In this document: positions 61,420 to 64,000 of the stretch, one piece after another
Position numbering within the stretch: position 1 is the first letter of the stretch
Layout of the letters: the number at the start of each line of letters is the position of its first letter
DNA from: Thermoprotei archaeon
GTDB taxonomy: Archaea > Thermoproteota > Thermoprotei > Thermoproteales > B15-G16
NCBI GenBank assembly: GCA_003649205.1
Contig: QMRC01000001.1
Location: forward strand, 64,001 to 128,000
Reading direction: 5' to 3'
Length of the DNA: 64,000 nt
Translations under genes and position numbers: made by a program
Notes under the pieces: model-generated
Databases searched by the model: none
What the model was told of the DNA's origin: nothing
What the model saw: only the letters and a program-made list of their open reading frames with translations

Positions 61420-62721
61420 CTACGTCAGTCCAGCGTACTTCTTATATAGCTCGGACCACTTTTCGATGTGTTTCTCAATGTATTCGTAATCTGGGAAGAC
61501 GTACCACTTAAACATCTTATCAAGTGGGTACGGGTATATCTTTGAATATATTGGCTTTATCCAGTCTGGTAGTAGCTTAAAGTTAGTATCATTAAGTAGG
61601 TTCTGATGTAGCATCAGGAAGTCCTCCTTAGACTCTCTGTACTTTGGAAAGTCTAAAGCGAACCAGAACTTTGTACTCATCAGGAAGTCTATGAAGATTT
61701 GTGCTAGTACTGGGTGCTTGACACCCTTAGGTATCCAGGCAATTCCTGGTACGAATACGTTACCTTGTGGTTGTGCGACTCTTGCTATGGGGTAGCCCTT
61801 AGCTGCTTCTACTGGGGCTAGGTACCACCACCAAGCAACTGCCCATGCTTCTCCGCGCTCTAAGTACTCTATGATCTCAGCTTCTGATACTGTGTACCTG
61901 AGTACATTGGGATGTATTTTCTCGGCAGCAAACTTTATTACTTCTTCCATCTCTGCTGGGTTCTTGTAGTCCTTACCCATGGCTAGGGCTAGGTTCACTA
62001 GGAAGTTAGCGAAGTGTACGGTTCCCGGTGTTGGTAATATTACGTGGCCCTTGAGTCTTGGATCTGCTAGGTCTCTGTAGTCTTTGATCCATCCTGCTTT
62101 CTCAGTATTGACTAGAAGCCCGGCTGTATCGATGGCTTGGAATACTACTCCATAGGGTTGGAACTGTAGGAAGAATGGATGTACCCACCTGAGGTTCTGC
62201 ATGAGTGGATTGCCAACATATATCGCTGGTTCTATCGCGCCTGCCTTCAGTGCTCGGAAGAAGTAAGGTGCCTCTATAGCAACGACGTCATAAGGTGGTG
62301 GTTGTCCTGCCTTTACTGCCTGGAGCACTGAGGATACTATGACCTCTGGCTCTTGAGTACCAATCCACTTAACCTCAATATCTACACCCCAACGGTCCTT
62401 GACGTACTTCTTAAAAGCTGGTACGTGGTACGTCTCTACGAGTCCACCATAGGTCCAATCAGCAATGACTACTGTACCCTCTTTTCTAATAGCTTCTCTA
62501 ATCTCGTCTTCGCTCATCCACTTATTCAGGATAGGTACATAGTACATCTTTACCTTTACTACCTCCTTTACTACCTTTACCTTCGGTGCTGGTGTTGGTG
62601 GAGAAGGTGCTACCTGTGGTTGTGTAGGTCTCATCCAGCCCCAGCACGCGATGACTAGCAGCACAATTGTTAGTACTATTAGCGCTGTCTCGAGCTTTGT
62701 TAGACCCCTAACTGTGCTCAT
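61420..62721 (-). CDS. ABC substrate-binding protein (PotD-like) with class III signal peptide
   Basis: RG|LTKLE (Glu at +5) plus TM, Pro-rich linker, DLADPRLKG, AQIFIDFLMS. Confidence 0.88.
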   Translation of the reverse strand: MSTVRGLTKLETALIVLTIVLLVIACWGWMRPTQPQVAPSPPTPAPKVKVVKEVVKVKMYYVPILNKWMSEDEIREAIRKEGTVVIADWTYGGLVETYHVPAFKKYVKDRWGVDIEVKWIGTQEPEVIVSSVLQAVKAGQPPPYDVVAIEAPYFFRALKAGAIEPAIYVGNPLMQNLRWVHPFFLQFQPYGVVFQAIDTAGLLVNTEKAGWIKDYRDLADPRLKGHVILPTPGTVHFANFLVNLALAMGKDYKNPAEMEEVIKFAAEKIHPNVLRYTVSEAEIIEYLERGEAWAVAWWWYLAPVEAAKGYPIARVAQPQGNVFVPGIAWIPKGVKHPVLAQIFIDFLMSTKFWFALDFPKYRESKEDFLMLHQNLLNDTNFKLLPDWIKPIYSKIYPYPLDKMFKWYVFPDYEYIEKHIEKWSELYKKYAGLT

Positions 62722-62995
62722 GATTTTCCAACCTCGTGTTATAGTTAAAATAATATGTTAAAAGATAAAGATTTCGTAATGTCTGTGAAGTGGTATAGAG
62801 GTATACCTAGTTCCTTTACTAGCTAGATCTACTTCACCGGTAGGAGATAGGTTAAGGAGTGTTCCCTCTACGGTACACTTCACGATCTCTGAGGGTAATG
62901 CAGTAACGCTAGGTTCTGGTTAGTCGGGGTAGATATGAGCTACGTATTAGCTATTTAGCTATGCTATTCAGCTTGTGTAATGGAGCATTAAGGTG

Positions 62996-63051
62996 TGGTC
63001 AGTAGCTGGAGGATACATCACTTGCTCAGACTGTAGTCACTTCATCACCTA
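62996..63051 (-). ncRNA. Box C/D 2'-O-methylation guide sRNA
   Basis: C GUGAUGA (63048-63042), 12-nt guide AGUGACUACAGU, D' CUGA, C' GUGAUGU, 12-nt guide AUCCUCCAGCUA, D CUGA (63002-62999). Confidence 0.85.
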
Positions 63052-63118
63052 GAGCTACGTTCAGTGTACTGGTAACTCGCTGACTGATAAATTCCTTCTC
63101 GTCAATTTCTGTATTACG

Positions 63119-63790
63119 GTGTTAGAGGAGATGTACTGTCTAGTACCGTCAGTGTACGAGGTACTGTGTGGTTTAATTCTGCTTCTCTGGAATGTACTTG
63201 TCATAGTTGTGATATCGAGGAAGGTCTACGAGGTATTTAGGAGAGTTGATGGTCACGAAGCTGGTATCTACGTAGCTAGAAAACTCATTCATGTCTTAGC
63301 TGGTGGTGTAACGGTAATACTGCTACCAGTACTTTTCACAAGCCCTATAGTACCGCTTATCTGCTCACTAATACTAGCTACTATCGTCTACATACCTCAT
63401 AGAACTGGTAAGTTAATGTACTGGTTCCAGATACCTGGTAGGTTATCGGAAGTCTACTTCGCCATTATGTGGGGCGTCATTGTTACTTCTCTCTGGTATG
63501 TTGACGTTAGGTTAGCTGTTTTACCGATATTCTTCATGTCCTGTGGTGACGGTATTACTGGAATTGTACGTCATCTAGTTAATGGTAGGAGGACAAAGTC
63601 TTGGATAGGTAATTTAGCTATGGCGTTGCTCTGTGTACCTGTTGGATACCTCATGTATGGTGTACTGGGTGCAGCTTCAGGGTTAGTAGCTAGTATAGTT
63701 GAGCACTTTGATAAGATAGATGACAACATATCCATACCACTGGTATCAGCTACAGTGCTGGTGGTACCTCAGATAGTGACAGTGCTATAG
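63119..63790 (+). CDS. Dolichol/phytol kinase-like membrane protein (CTP-transferase superfamily)
   Basis: RKLIH, GDGITG, KSWIG, DDNISIP. Confidence 0.82.
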   Translation: MLEEMYCLVPSVYEVLCGLILLLWNVLVIVVISRKVYEVFRRVDGHEAGIYVARKLIHVLAGGVTVILLPVLFTSPIVPLICSLILATIVYIPHRTGKLMYWFQIPGRLSEVYFAIMWGVIVTSLWYVDVRLAVLPIFFMSCGDGITGIVRHLVNGRRTKSWIGNLAMALLCVPVGYLMYGVLGAASGLVASIVEHFDKIDDNISIPLVSATVLVVPQIVTVL

Positions 63791-64000
63791 CTCAATACCT
63801 GCTAACCTTAACCTACGCCTAGTCTGTGGAAAGAACTCAATACTCTCCTCCTCAACCTCAAGAGGTAGTTTAGGATCTATACCTGTGAGTAGGGAGAACA
63901 ACATCCTCCTCTCTTCTCTAGTCATTAACCTAGGATCAGTCATGACAGCTACGTAAGTCTCAACACCCTCATCGAGTAACCACCTAATTGCTCTAAATGG
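63785..64000 (-). CDS. C-terminal part of a gene entering from beyond the window, possibly an archaeal radical SAM/Fe-S protein
   Basis: Open frame PFRAIRWLLDEGV..EEESIEFFPQTRRRLRLAGIEL*. Confidence 0.5.
   Translation of the reverse strand, partial: PFRAIRWLLDEGVETYVAVMTDPRLMTREERRMLFSLLTGIDPKLPLEVEEESIEFFPQTRRRLRLAGIEL

Overview
A 64-kb piece of an archaeal chromosome, most likely a thermophilic Thermoproteota/Crenarchaeota member (inferred from archaeal-type ribosomal proteins, exosome, KEOPS, GINS/MCM and class III signal peptides). The backbone is information-processing genes: a scattered S10-type ribosomal cluster, gins-mcm-hel308 (both helicases carry inteins), the L7Ae/S28e/L24e/aIF5B/S6e/aIF2g/rpoE/KEOPS/S15/S3ae cluster and the proteasome-exosome superoperon. 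There are also a peptide ABC importer and a sugar-catabolism locus. Three cargo insertions sit at conserved operon junctions. (1) An ~8.4-kb decaying island between rps6e and aIF2g. It holds an apparently intact RiPP-like operon (unannotated 37-aa precursor, RRE-radical SAM/SPASM enzyme, ABC exporter) and a DUF3800-like RNase H-fold gene facing a convergent ~60-nt, 70%-GC double kink-turn RNA. LAGLIDADG-like relics lie at both ends. (2) A toxin-antitoxin/defence patch between rdgB and rps15 in which both putative effectors are broken. (3) An orphan secreted W/Y/C-rich protein plus membrane partner splitting rrp4 from rrp41. Also found: a textbook box C/D sRNA and a frameshift on a canonical slippery heptamer in the dephospho-CoA kinase gene. 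No tRNA, rRNA, CRISPR array or integrase was recognised. All family assignments come from motif recognition by eye, not database searches.
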